Shown here piece by piece: positions 54,881 through 63,926 of a stretch of 64,000 bases of DNA (within the stretch, counting starts at the first letter, position 1; each line of letters begins with the position of its first letter). This stretch comes from an uncultured bacterium (GTDB lineage: Bacteria; Acidobacteriota; Thermoanaerobaculia; Multivoradales; J023). A program made the translations under genes and the position numbers. Below the pieces are notes generated by a model. It had not been told where the DNA came from. It made no database searches and saw only the letters and a program-made list of their open reading frames with translations. Where the stretch lies: assembly GCA_965366625.1 (NCBI GenBank), contig CBDUGP010000038.1, positions 4,239 to 68,238 of the forward strand. Direction: 5' to 3'.

Positions 54881-57772
54881 TCAGTGACGAAACGGCGGCC
54901 CACTAATCGATTTCGAAAAGGATAGAAACCGATCGCTGGAAAAGGTTCGTGCCGTGGAGGACTTTCTCGTAATCTCTCGTGGGCCACGACGAGCGGCGTT
55001 GAGATCACTGCTTTCCAGGACTTCGTTCCGGTGCATTGAGCCGTCGCCGATCAAGACGAAACCGGCCCAATACGCGGGGTCAGCCCAGGTGCCGCCGTCC
55101 AACATGGCCAGCTGGGCGGCGCGCAAGGCCTCGGCAGGCGCAAGCTCGAGGTCGATCAGCTGCCGATATAGCTCGATCATCAGCTCAGCGGTCGGCGCAT
55201 CGGCCACCTGCCAAAGGCTTGCCACCACCGACGCAGCACCCGCTTTGAGAAATCCCCGGGGCAAGGCCATCGTGCCCTCCCCCGCCAGAATCTCACCCAG
55301 GGCCGTGTCGCAGCCCGCCAGGCTGACCAAATCCGCCGACAAAGTCAGTCGATCCAAGTCCCCCAGGCGCAAGGATCCGTCGATCCGGCGACCCTTGGGA
55401 TCGACCCTCGACAGCTCGATGGCGGCGAGGTCCGGCGCTTCCGGATCGACCTGGGCGTGGGTGCCGAAATGCACGAATCGACTGGCGGCCAGGTGACCGC
55501 CCAAGACCCACTCCTTAGAAGCCGCGAGTCCGGTGCGCGGCTGGAAACCCCGCGCTCGGGCGATCGCGTTGGCTTCTACGCCGGAAGCCTCTAATCTCGG
55601 CAACTCTATGCTCCAAAAGTCTGACCTTGGTGAGCTGTCGGGGTTCGATCCGGCACTTCGCCGATCTCCGCGAGTGGCTCCCCCTCCTGCCTGAGGCCGG
55701 GGGCTGCGGGAGTCTTGGAAACCGTAGATGGGATCGGCCACCACCGTCAGCAAATTTCCTTGGCGGGACGCTCGCTCACGGGCTCGGCTGCGGATGGCCG
55801 CCACCGTGGACACGGAATAGGAAAGGCTGATCGGATGGTCGCGCAGCATTGGATGCCCTTCTTTTCCCGGTTTCGGCAGCACCGCAAAGGGCACCGTGGC
55901 CAATGCACCCTCGACCACAATCGATAGGGGGCGCCCCGGCCGCAAGCGGTCGACTACCGGGCCCAGCAGCGCTTCGGACAGGGCTCGGGCTTCGGCGTCG
56001 GAGCGGGAACGAGCCGCAGGACCTTGGGCCAAGTACCGGAGCAGGGCTCCGGCCGCAGCTTCGAGATCCTCGCCAGGGGGCAAGCCGTCGTGCAATTGGA
56101 AATCATCCCGATCGACCGACCAAAGCAAGCTGCGCTCGGCGCCGGGCCAATAGACCAACATCAATACGTCGGGTCCCAATAGCTCCTGCGTGGCTTTCAG
56201 GTCTAGGCTCGGTGCCCCTTCCGCCCCGGCAACCCGACGCATTTCCGCTTCCAGGCCCGCCAAAGTCAGCCTTAGCTCCTTCGCTCGGGTCAGCGCGACC
56301 GTCGGGCTGACGCCCATGCCTATGCTGTCGTCCATGTTCGCGTCGCCGGAGGCCGAGCCCTCTCGGTCGAGAGGCCCCAATTCGAGGATCTTCAGAGCTG
56401 CGTCCAACTCGGCACGAATGCCGTCCAGCCGGGCGCTGAACTCGGGTCCAGCGGCAGAGCGGATGGCATCGATCGGCCAGATCAAGTGGTCTAGAAGACT
56501 GCGGGCGCGGGCCAGCTCGGCCACCTCGAACGCTTCCCGTGCCCGTCCGCGGGCGGCGAGGGAAAGTACGAATAGGTCGAGCATGTGTCGTCGGCGAGCG
56601 AAGAACGGTAACAACAACTCCCCTTGGCCCGAGGTCCTCAGGGCCTCAAAAGTGCCCAAGAACCATTCCATCGACACGTCCATCTGCGGCCACAGGCCCA
56701 GGGCCTCGAAGGCCTGGGCTTGCACGTGCAGGTTGTGCAAGCTCAGGTTTGGATCCCCTAGACCCGCCTGTCTGGCGATCCGGGCCGACCGGCGGCTGGT
56801 TCGTATGGCCGACTCAGGATTTCCGAGTCGGAGCCACGCGTCCGCTTGGTTGCCGATCGCGTGGGCCCGATTGAGGGGATTTTGGGCGTCCTTCGCCGCG
56901 CGTCCGAAGAACTCCAGGGCCGCCTCGGCTCGTCCAGCTGCCAGGTGAAGGATTCCCAAGGCGTCCAGCCCGGGTACTTCGGAAAGGGAGGCCGAACGGC
57001 GCATTTCCATGGCTTCTTCGAGCACTTCGGAAGCGGATTCCAGCTTGCCTTGCTCGGTGAGTAATCTGCCGCTCCAGGTGAGGCAAATGGAAATGGCCAA
57101 CCGGCCGCTATTTGACGATCCCAGAGCCCGTAACCGATCACAGGCTTGGTCCAAGGTCTGGCGCGCCGCGCGCCATCGACCCATGCGCAGGTAGAGAATG
57201 CCCACATTCAAATGGGAATTGGCCCACTCCGAGACCTCACCGAGATGCCGCCACAACAGCCGTGCCCCCGCCAGGTGCTCCAAGGCCTGACGCAGATGCT
57301 GTCGTCGGCTTTCGAGCAGGGCCAGATCATTGAGCAGACCGGCCACCGACCGAGCGGAACCGACCCGGAAGGCGGATTCCAGGGCTTGCAAATAAGCGTG
57401 GCTCGCCGCGGACGGATCGCGTTCGGCCCAAAGGTCGCCCAGCAGGCCGAGCAGAGTTGCGCGCCCGCATCCGAGCTGGTCGCGTTCGAGCTGCTCGGCC
57501 ACCGACGAGATATCTCTTCCCAGCTTTTTGAGAGTGGCCGCCGGCACCGCCGCCTTCGCCGATCGAACGGCCTCTATCCGTTCCAGCAGCGGGGTCACCC
57601 GTGGGTCCTCAGGCTGCCCCGCACAGGGCTGATCGGGGGCATCCAGAAGCATCAAGACTTCCGGCGCCACCGCTTCGGGACTGACGGGAATCGGCTCTCG
57701 GGTATCGCAGCCCCAAAGAGCGAGGAGCGCGATCCAAAGGGCTGACCTGGCGACTGCCTGTGGATCGCCCAT
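54881..57772 (-). CDS. Lipoprotein with N-terminal TPR array and C-terminal CHAT (caspase-HetF-associated with TPRs) protease domain
   Basis: Lipobox 'LLALWGC'; many TPR-like helical repeats; CHAT dyad 'SRFVHFGTHAQVD' and 'LVSLAGCDTALG'. Confidence 0.85.
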   Translation of the reverse strand: MGDPQAVARSALWIALLALWGCDTREPIPVSPEAVAPEVLMLLDAPDQPCAGQPEDPRVTPLLERIEAVRSAKAAVPAATLKKLGRDISSVAEQLERDQLGCGRATLLGLLGDLWAERDPSAASHAYLQALESAFRVGSARSVAGLLNDLALLESRRQHLRQALEHLAGARLLWRHLGEVSEWANSHLNVGILYLRMGRWRAARQTLDQACDRLRALGSSNSGRLAISICLTWSGRLLTEQGKLESASEVLEEAMEMRRSASLSEVPGLDALGILHLAAGRAEAALEFFGRAAKDAQNPLNRAHAIGNQADAWLRLGNPESAIRTSRRSARIARQAGLGDPNLSLHNLHVQAQAFEALGLWPQMDVSMEWFLGTFEALRTSGQGELLLPFFARRRHMLDLFVLSLAARGRAREAFEVAELARARSLLDHLIWPIDAIRSAAGPEFSARLDGIRAELDAALKILELGPLDREGSASGDANMDDSIGMGVSPTVALTRAKELRLTLAGLEAEMRRVAGAEGAPSLDLKATQELLGPDVLMLVYWPGAERSLLWSVDRDDFQLHDGLPPGEDLEAAAGALLRYLAQGPAARSRSDAEARALSEALLGPVVDRLRPGRPLSIVVEGALATVPFAVLPKPGKEGHPMLRDHPISLSYSVSTVAAIRSRARERASRQGNLLTVVADPIYGFQDSRSPRPQAGGGATRGDRRSAGSNPDSSPRSDFWSIELPRLEASGVEANAIARARGFQPRTGLAASKEWVLGGHLAASRFVHFGTHAQVDPEAPDLAAIELSRVDPKGRRIDGSLRLGDLDRLTLSADLVSLAGCDTALGEILAGEGTMALPRGFLKAGAASVVASLWQVADAPTAELMIELYRQLIDLELAPAEALRAAQLAMLDGGTWADPAYWAGFVLIGDGSMHRNEVLESSDLNAARRGPREITRKSSTARTFSSDRFLSFSKSISGPPFRH

Positions 57773-57781
57773 GGCGGCCGA

Positions 57782-58627
57782 TTAATCCTGAAAGCGGACG
57801 TCGAAGGAATAGGCGGCGAAGATCGAGCCGCTTTCCGGATCCCGGAGCTCAACCGTCGCTTGGCCGGGTTGCAGGTGGCCCACCGATACCATCAGCATGT
57901 AATGGCCTTCCTCTTGGAGCTTTACGGACGTCTGTGGCAGCGCATCATCACCTTGGGTCAAAGTGGCCTCGGCCACCGCCGGTAAATCGAAACCCAGATC
58001 CAAGCGGGAAGGTGGATTGAGGGTCAGGACCACCGACGAGATTTGACGGCTCACGTGCAGAGTCGATGTTTGCCCAGTGGACGAACGTTTCGGACCCGCC
58101 GAGGCACCGAGGGATAGCGACTCGGATTCGAGGTTGCCGGACATCGCGGGTGCCTTCGGCTCCATCAGCGCGATCGTCAGGCCGGAGGCGAGCACCATGG
58201 AGGCTGCCAAAGAGATAAGCGGATTGCGCGCAACGAAGGACCGGAAGCGAGAGGGCCATGGTCGCAGATTGGGCTCGCCGGTGGCGAGTGCCGCGGTTTG
58301 TAAGGTTTGTGCGGTTTGTGGCCGTGAGATCTCCGGCTCGCCCGTCGATTCCGCGGCGGTGGCTGCTAGAAAGCGCTGCCAGGCGGCCGACTGCTGCTCG
58401 GCGTCGACCCCGGCAGCGGCCTCGAGTTCCTCCGGGCGGTCGACGTCCAAAAGGGCCTGAGCGAGGTCCGGGTTCGCCACCAAGGCCCTGCGGGCACTCT
58501 CGGCGGCCTCACCGTCGAGCCGGCCTTGACCCAAAGCCATCAACGTGGCGAAGTCGAGTTCGGGCTCGTCTAGGGTCTCGGTGGCCGAGCGCAGGGCTTC
58601 TTCCAGCTCCCGTTCGTCGAGGCTCAT
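57782..58627 (-). CDS. Putative membrane anti-sigma factor
   Basis: Position immediately after ECF sigma gene with ATGA overlap; N-terminal cytoplasmic helices, single TM 'LISLAASMVLASGLTIALM', C-terminal periplasmic domain; no ZAS motif. Confidence 0.55.
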   Translation of the reverse strand: MSLDERELEEALRSATETLDEPELDFATLMALGQGRLDGEAAESARRALVANPDLAQALLDVDRPEELEAAAGVDAEQQSAAWQRFLAATAAESTGEPEISRPQTAQTLQTAALATGEPNLRPWPSRFRSFVARNPLISLAASMVLASGLTIALMEPKAPAMSGNLESESLSLGASAGPKRSSTGQTSTLHVSRQISSVVLTLNPPSRLDLGFDLPAVAEATLTQGDDALPQTSVKLQEEGHYMLMVSVGHLQPGQATVELRDPESGSIFAAYSFDVRFQD

Positions 58628-59226
58628 GGGTTGCCGTCCTTTCCGACCTCAACCTCGGACCAAGGTTCTTTCAACCTTTCCTCGAGCTGTTTTTTGGCCT
58701 GAAAGATCTGCGATTTTACGGTGTTGACCTCAATGCCCAAGAGACGAGCGATCTCCCGGTATTTCAATCCATGCACAATCCGCAGGTGCAGGGCATGCCT
58801 GCGGCCTTCGGGCAATTGGCGAATTGCCGCTTGCAGCTGGTGTCGCCGCTCGTCTTCGAGCAATCGATCTAAGGCGGAGTCCCCCGCGGGCCGGGCTTCA
58901 GCCGCTTCCGCGGTATCTTCCTCCGACGCCAGGGACAACGGTCGCACCTGACGTTTGAGGGTCCGGGAGGCTCGCAAATGATTCAGCCACACATTGCCGG
59001 CGATCGAAAACATCCAAGTGGCGTCCGACGCCTCTCGACGAAAGCGATCAAACCCGCGATAGGCGTTGAGCAGGGTTTCCTGCACGAGATCCTCGCTCTC
59101 GGATTCCGAGCACCCTCGGTTGAGAAAGAAACCCAAAAGCGGCCCATAGAAAGTGTCAAAGAGAGCTCGAAAAGCAAGTTGATCAGCCCCCGGGAGCTCC
59201 TCCCGCAAGGCGGAGTCCTTCCCCAT
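58624..59226 (-). CDS. ECF-subfamily RNA polymerase sigma-70 factor
   Basis: Region 2 'DLVQETLLNAYRGFDRF', region 4 'LPEGRRHALHLRIVHGLKYREIARLLGIEVNTVKSQIFQAKKQL'; start at MGKDS. Confidence 0.85.
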   Translation of the reverse strand: MGKDSALREELPGADQLAFRALFDTFYGPLLGFFLNRGCSESESEDLVQETLLNAYRGFDRFRREASDATWMFSIAGNVWLNHLRASRTLKRQVRPLSLASEEDTAEAAEARPAGDSALDRLLEDERRHQLQAAIRQLPEGRRHALHLRIVHGLKYREIARLLGIEVNTVKSQIFQAKKQLEERLKEPWSEVEVGKDGNP

Positions 59227-59345
59227 ATCCCGTCTCCAATCCAAAACTCTGGATTCGGTTTGGTATTCAGGGGTCAGAATAGCAGAAAAGTTTTTCCATC
59301 GTGCCCCTTGGAACGATTGGCTGAAGCACCTCAACCCTGCACCTG

Positions 59346-61319
59346 CTAGACCCTGCGGCGCAGGTGAATGGCTCGGCGAACGCAGGTCCAGTCGTCGCGG
59401 TGGCGTAAGGCGGGCTGGATTCTGCCTAGGGCGAGCAGACTCTCCAAACGGTTGGCACCTCGATTAGCCGCTTCTCGATGGGCCACGGCAACATTCTCAG
59501 GCTCATGGATTTCGGTGGTGATCCAAGAAAAGTCCGTCGGGCTGGTGGTGGCAAACACCTTGAGGAATCCCAAACCCTGGGGCGGTTCCCCAGGGTGGGA
59601 AGGCGGCGGCAGCTCTTCAGCGGGCGGGAAGATCAGCTCGAGCTCGTCGTAGGTTTGTTTGCCAATACTCAACTGAAGCCCCGGCAGCAACAGCTCGGCG
59701 CCACCGGGCTCCGGAAAAATCTGGGTGACGTGGTCGCTGAGGCCGAAATCGAGCACATACACGTAGAGGCCGTCCGGATAGGAATGCTCCAGGTCGATGG
59801 CCAGAAGATCGCCTTCTAGAAACTCGGTGGAAAAACCGTCCTTGGACGGGGCCCGCTCCCAGACTCCGTCGCCCTTGCCTGTGAGCAACTGCAGGTCGAG
59901 GAGACCGCCCAAGCGGCTGTGGGGATCGCAATTCTCGAGCTGGAGACCGAGCCGGGCACGGGCACGGCGTTCGAGGCGCTCCAAGCATCCGGCCCCGTGG
60001 GATTCTGCCGGTAGAGCAAGCCTTGCGCCGAGGTGGTCCGTGGCCTGTCCGTCAGGCCAAAGGTGCAGGGATTCGGGCGGAATCGGCTCGTCGATCCCCA
60101 ACTCCCGTAAATACGGTGACGAGCGAACCTGCGTAAGGAGGCGGCTGACTTCGGCCTCGGGCTTTGCAAGCAAATCGCAGTGGATCGCCACCGGCAACCG
60201 TCGGTCTCCGTAGGCGGCTTCGACTTCCAGCGCCCACAGGGTCCCGTGGTCGATCTCTGGGTCACTCGGAACGGCCATGTCTACGGCAGCGGCTTCGTCG
60301 ATCTGCAGCAGGCTTTCGAACGGGCCCACTTCCGAGAGTTCGAAGGGGCCCCAGCCGGGCGTCGCTGCCAAATCTGTGGTCTCTGTGGGCAACAGGCGCC
60401 AGCGGGAACCAGGGCTCAGGCCGAGGGCTGCTCCGCCGGAGAGCACCCAGCGATCGGCGGACCGGCGGCGGGCCTTCAAATGCCGGGCGAAGGGCAACCG
60501 CTCCAGGCCGAAAACCCGTCGCTCGCCGTCGCCGAGCAACATCGGCCATTGCTCGATGCCCTCGGCGGCCAAGGTCGCGGCTGCCCGCTCAAAGACCTGG
60601 CGCGCGCCCATGCCGCTCTGCATTTGCTCCAGGGCCTGGACCAGCGCCCAAGTCCACTCACCGAAAAAACTGCCGGCCAGTTCTCGCTCACCCGCCAATT
60701 GATCGTCTCGGCAGGCCGCAAAGATCAACCGTCGACGGGCCACGGCATTTTTAAATAACGACCTTTGAGGATTTGCTGAGCGAAGGGCTCGACGACTGGC
60801 GGTGGGCCCGGGAGGCGGTAGACGGCGGATTCGCGTTGCGGCATGGCTGCGGTGAGCGTGTCCGGAGTGACAACAATCGAGGTTGATCGTCACGAACGCG
60901 CCGCGGCGCTCCAAACCCGCCAGCCGTTGGGCGATTTCGTGATCGGAGATGTCGCCGCTGAAACCGACACCGTCCCGGCGACCGTCGTAGGGCACCCAGG
61001 TTTCGTCCAAGCCGTCGGCTTCGTCGCCGTGGACGTCGAGAATTTGGGAGCCGTGACCGCTGAAGTGGATCACCACTTGATCGCCGTCCCCGGCTCGTGC
61101 CACTAGCTCGTCCAGGGACCTGAGGATCGAGTCACGGGTGGCGTCGGCGTCCACCAAGATCCGAAGATGCCGGGCTTCGAAGCCAAATTTGCCCCGCAGC
61201 ACCCGGCCCAGGGCCCGGACGTCGTTGGCGGGCCCGAGCAAGCGGGCCCGCTCGCCGATTCGTGGATATTCTCCGATGCCGATCAACAATCCGAATCGGC
61301 GCGGGCTGCCCGCACTCAT
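59346..61319 (-). CDS. Caspase (peptidase C14) domain protein with C-terminal DUF4384-like beta-sandwich region
   Basis: 'FGLLIGIGEY', His 'VIHFSGHGS', Cys 'INLDCCHSGH'; C-terminal 'YPDGLYVYVLDFGLSDHVTQIFP'. Confidence 0.8.
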   Translation of the reverse strand: MSAGSPRRFGLLIGIGEYPRIGERARLLGPANDVRALGRVLRGKFGFEARHLRILVDADATRDSILRSLDELVARAGDGDQVVIHFSGHGSQILDVHGDEADGLDETWVPYDGRRDGVGFSGDISDHEIAQRLAGLERRGAFVTINLDCCHSGHAHRSHAATRIRRLPPPGPTASRRALRSANPQRSLFKNAVARRRLIFAACRDDQLAGERELAGSFFGEWTWALVQALEQMQSGMGARQVFERAAATLAAEGIEQWPMLLGDGERRVFGLERLPFARHLKARRRSADRWVLSGGAALGLSPGSRWRLLPTETTDLAATPGWGPFELSEVGPFESLLQIDEAAAVDMAVPSDPEIDHGTLWALEVEAAYGDRRLPVAIHCDLLAKPEAEVSRLLTQVRSSPYLRELGIDEPIPPESLHLWPDGQATDHLGARLALPAESHGAGCLERLERRARARLGLQLENCDPHSRLGGLLDLQLLTGKGDGVWERAPSKDGFSTEFLEGDLLAIDLEHSYPDGLYVYVLDFGLSDHVTQIFPEPGGAELLLPGLQLSIGKQTYDELELIFPPAEELPPPSHPGEPPQGLGFLKVFATTSPTDFSWITTEIHEPENVAVAHREAANRGANRLESLLALGRIQPALRHRDDWTCVRRAIHLRRRV

Positions 61320-62500
61320 GGCGACGAGGAGCTGTCCTCTTCCGGACGCACGAAATCGCCGACCTTAAGACCCTTGCAACCTTCTGTGATCACCGCCGTC
61401 GCCATGAGTGGGTCCACGGTGGTGACTTTCAGGCTGCCGATGACCTCTTGACTAAAACCCAGGCTCTTGCCGCTCTCCGGGTCGATCATCTCCTTGCCCT
61501 TGCGCACCGCCCGGAAGACCTGCCCTTTAGACACGCCGCGGTTCTCACCACCGTTCAAGATCACCAAATCACCCGTGACGTCCACCACCGCCCCACGCCA
61601 GGGCCTGACCTTCAAGTCGTTGGCGATGGCGTAAGAAGCCTTGTTGAGACAAGCGGCCAGGGCGTAATTGACCGGGCTGATGTCCTGTTGACCAAAGAAC
61701 GGTAGCCGAATCGATCGATTCCTGGAGGTAGCGCGAAATGTGTCGGCAAAAGAGACCTCAGCGGTTTCCGTATCCACCACCCGGAGGGATAAAGCGACCT
61801 CGGCAATCGACTTGCCGACGCCTGGAATTCCGCGGGTCTTTTTCTTTGGGGTCCATTCGTTGATGCTGGTAAAGAGGATGTAGTCGGCGCCCAAATTGCG
61901 GCCGATTTGCGCTGCACTTTGGATGGTCACCCGTTCGCTTTCACCGAAATCCTGCTCCGCCAGGACCGTTTCGAGCTGCTTGCGCTCAATCACGTCGAAA
62001 CGGTTGGTATTGAAAATACTCGAAGTCAACATATCTTCGATGGCTTGCAGCGGCGCAACCGAGGTGCGATAGACCATTTGCCAGAAGCCCAGGCTATGGC
62101 TGGTCTCCGTGGAGTGCATTCCGATCTTGTCGATCACTTTCCAAACCGCGATGCGGCTGCGGTTGCCGGTGAAGTCCGTGAATTCCAGGGTCATCCAATC
62201 TTCATCGGAATTTCTTTCGATTGGTTTGAGCAAGTGGTAACGATGGCCTTGCTCATCTTTGACATAACCCTCCCACTTGCCCGAATCCTGGAACGGTGTC
62301 TTCTTGGCGGCGGCCTCAGCGGCCTTCTTCTTTTTACTTTTGGGCAACGCTTCTGCAGCCGGGGCAGTGATCGTGCCCAAAACCAAAGCGACGGCTAGGC
62401 CGACCGCAGTCCAACGGCCGGTCCAACGGCTACGTCGGCCAAAGGACGATCCGAGTTTGATCGGGCTCAACATGAGTTTGCACATCTTTCTCTCCTCCAT
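61316..62500 (-). CDS. CsgG/LpoB-fold lipoprotein (curli-secretion-like / TolB-N-like)
   Basis: 'DVIERKQLETVLAEQDFGESERV...IGRNLGADYILFTSINEW' signature; signal peptide; ATGA overlap with caspase gene. Confidence 0.55.
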   Translation of the reverse strand: MEERKMCKLMLSPIKLGSSFGRRSRWTGRWTAVGLAVALVLGTITAPAAEALPKSKKKKAAEAAAKKTPFQDSGKWEGYVKDEQGHRYHLLKPIERNSDEDWMTLEFTDFTGNRSRIAVWKVIDKIGMHSTETSHSLGFWQMVYRTSVAPLQAIEDMLTSSIFNTNRFDVIERKQLETVLAEQDFGESERVTIQSAAQIGRNLGADYILFTSINEWTPKKKTRGIPGVGKSIAEVALSLRVVDTETAEVSFADTFRATSRNRSIRLPFFGQQDISPVNYALAACLNKASYAIANDLKVRPWRGAVVDVTGDLVILNGGENRGVSKGQVFRAVRKGKEMIDPESGKSLGFSQEVIGSLKVTTVDPLMATAVITEGCKGLKVGDFVRPEEDSSSSP

Positions 62501-62579
62501 TCAGAGCTTCGTCCCCTCGCCGAACCGGCGGGGATCCATTAGGGCCACGGGAGGGTAGAAACGTCTTCTCTAGGAAGGT

Positions 62580-63926
62580 TCATGGCGAGCCGCCTGAAAC
62601 CGAGGCGGATACCTCGCTCAGGCGAGCCGTCATCAGCCGATAGCGGTATCTGTCGGGATTCGAGCTGCTGAAGAGGAGGTCAAAGGCCTCGTCACCGTCG
62701 AAGCTACCGGCAAACTCCAGCCAGATCCGTCGGCGGGCGCCCCGAGCGAGTGTCTGCTCCACCACTCCCCGGCCGATCGGGCCTCTGTTGGTGGCTTCCA
62801 AGCGGAAGGTCTGGCCGCCCATGATCAGCTTGGTGGCTTGGGGGTCGTAACCCACGTTGAGAGATTGGGACCCTTCGTTGTAAAGCTCGATATGCCAGCG
62901 CAGCCGTCGATTGCCCAGCCGGTCGATGGCGACCAATTTGGCCCGCAGACCCGGGAGGGTGGTTTCGATTTCGTGCTGGCCTTCCGCCAGCTCGAAGGAA
63001 GCGATCGAAACTTCCTCGGTCTTCGAATAACTTTCCGGGTAGTCGGGCAGCTTAATTTGTAGGTTCTGGGCTGCGAGGGCGCGTCCGCGAAGGGTGAGTT
63101 CAAAGACCGAGGCCCCATTGCGCGGCGATTCCGTTTCGAGCCACAGATCATGACCCAACCCCGGAAGAAGCTCAGCTCCGGCCCCGTGTCCGATCACCCG
63201 ATATTGTCGACCGATCACATCGACCAAGGCTGTGCTTCCGGGCAACAAACCGACGGTCCGCGGGCGCCGACCCTGGTTGAGCAAAAGGATATTGAACCGC
63301 ATGCGATCGTCGGTGAAGAGGTCGATACTGTGCAAACGGGCGGAAAAATCTCCGGAAACCGTCTTGAGGGCGAGATCCATGGGTAGGCGCAAGGCTCCCG
63401 GCGGCGCCCCGGCGGCCGGTTTCCGAGGTGCCGGCCATTTCAAATTGCCGACTCGGGCGGGTTCGAAGGTCGAGCTCTTGGGCACCGCCGACTGCAACCA
63501 AAGGGTCAGAGCTCCGGCGTCGGCAAAGGGAGCCTCAAAATCTAGTTGGGAAACAGCCCGGGCGCCCGCCAACAGCTCGGCACGGAATCCTTCACGTTTT
63601 ACGTCCGCCTTGGGCTGGGCGGCGAGCAGATCGTAGCGGCGGCCTTTTGAATCCGAGACGTAGATCTTTGGATAGTCCAACCCCCACAACAAATCGTCAG
63701 CCGTGCGATTCCACAAACTCAACCGCCAGCGCATTCGGCGTGAAGGTAAGGCCTCAATCGCGACGATTTCTCCCTTCAATCCCTTGAGACTAGAGTCGAT
63801 AGGCACAGCTTTCGCGAGCAGATTCGAGTCGTTGGATTTGGCTATTGCCTTACCGGCCAAGCCATCGATTTTCAGCTCCGCGTTTTGGAATCGCACACCG
63901 CTCGACGCCTTGGTCGCCAGGCGCAA
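62580..63926 (-). CDS. Hypothetical secreted protein with three internal ~100-aa repeat modules
   Basis: Recurrent 'R(M/L)RW.(L/I).L.N...' blocks: 'RRMRWRLSLWNRTADDL', 'RMRFNILLLNQGRRP', 'RRLRWHIELYNEGSQS'; first gene of the minus-strand cluster. Confidence 0.45.
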   Translation of the reverse strand: MRLATKASSGVRFQNAELKIDGLAGKAIAKSNDSNLLAKAVPIDSSLKGLKGEIVAIEALPSRRMRWRLSLWNRTADDLLWGLDYPKIYVSDSKGRRYDLLAAQPKADVKREGFRAELLAGARAVSQLDFEAPFADAGALTLWLQSAVPKSSTFEPARVGNLKWPAPRKPAAGAPPGALRLPMDLALKTVSGDFSARLHSIDLFTDDRMRFNILLLNQGRRPRTVGLLPGSTALVDVIGRQYRVIGHGAGAELLPGLGHDLWLETESPRNGASVFELTLRGRALAAQNLQIKLPDYPESYSKTEEVSIASFELAEGQHEIETTLPGLRAKLVAIDRLGNRRLRWHIELYNEGSQSLNVGYDPQATKLIMGGQTFRLEATNRGPIGRGVVEQTLARGARRRIWLEFAGSFDGDEAFDLLFSSSNPDRYRYRLMTARLSEVSASVSGGSP

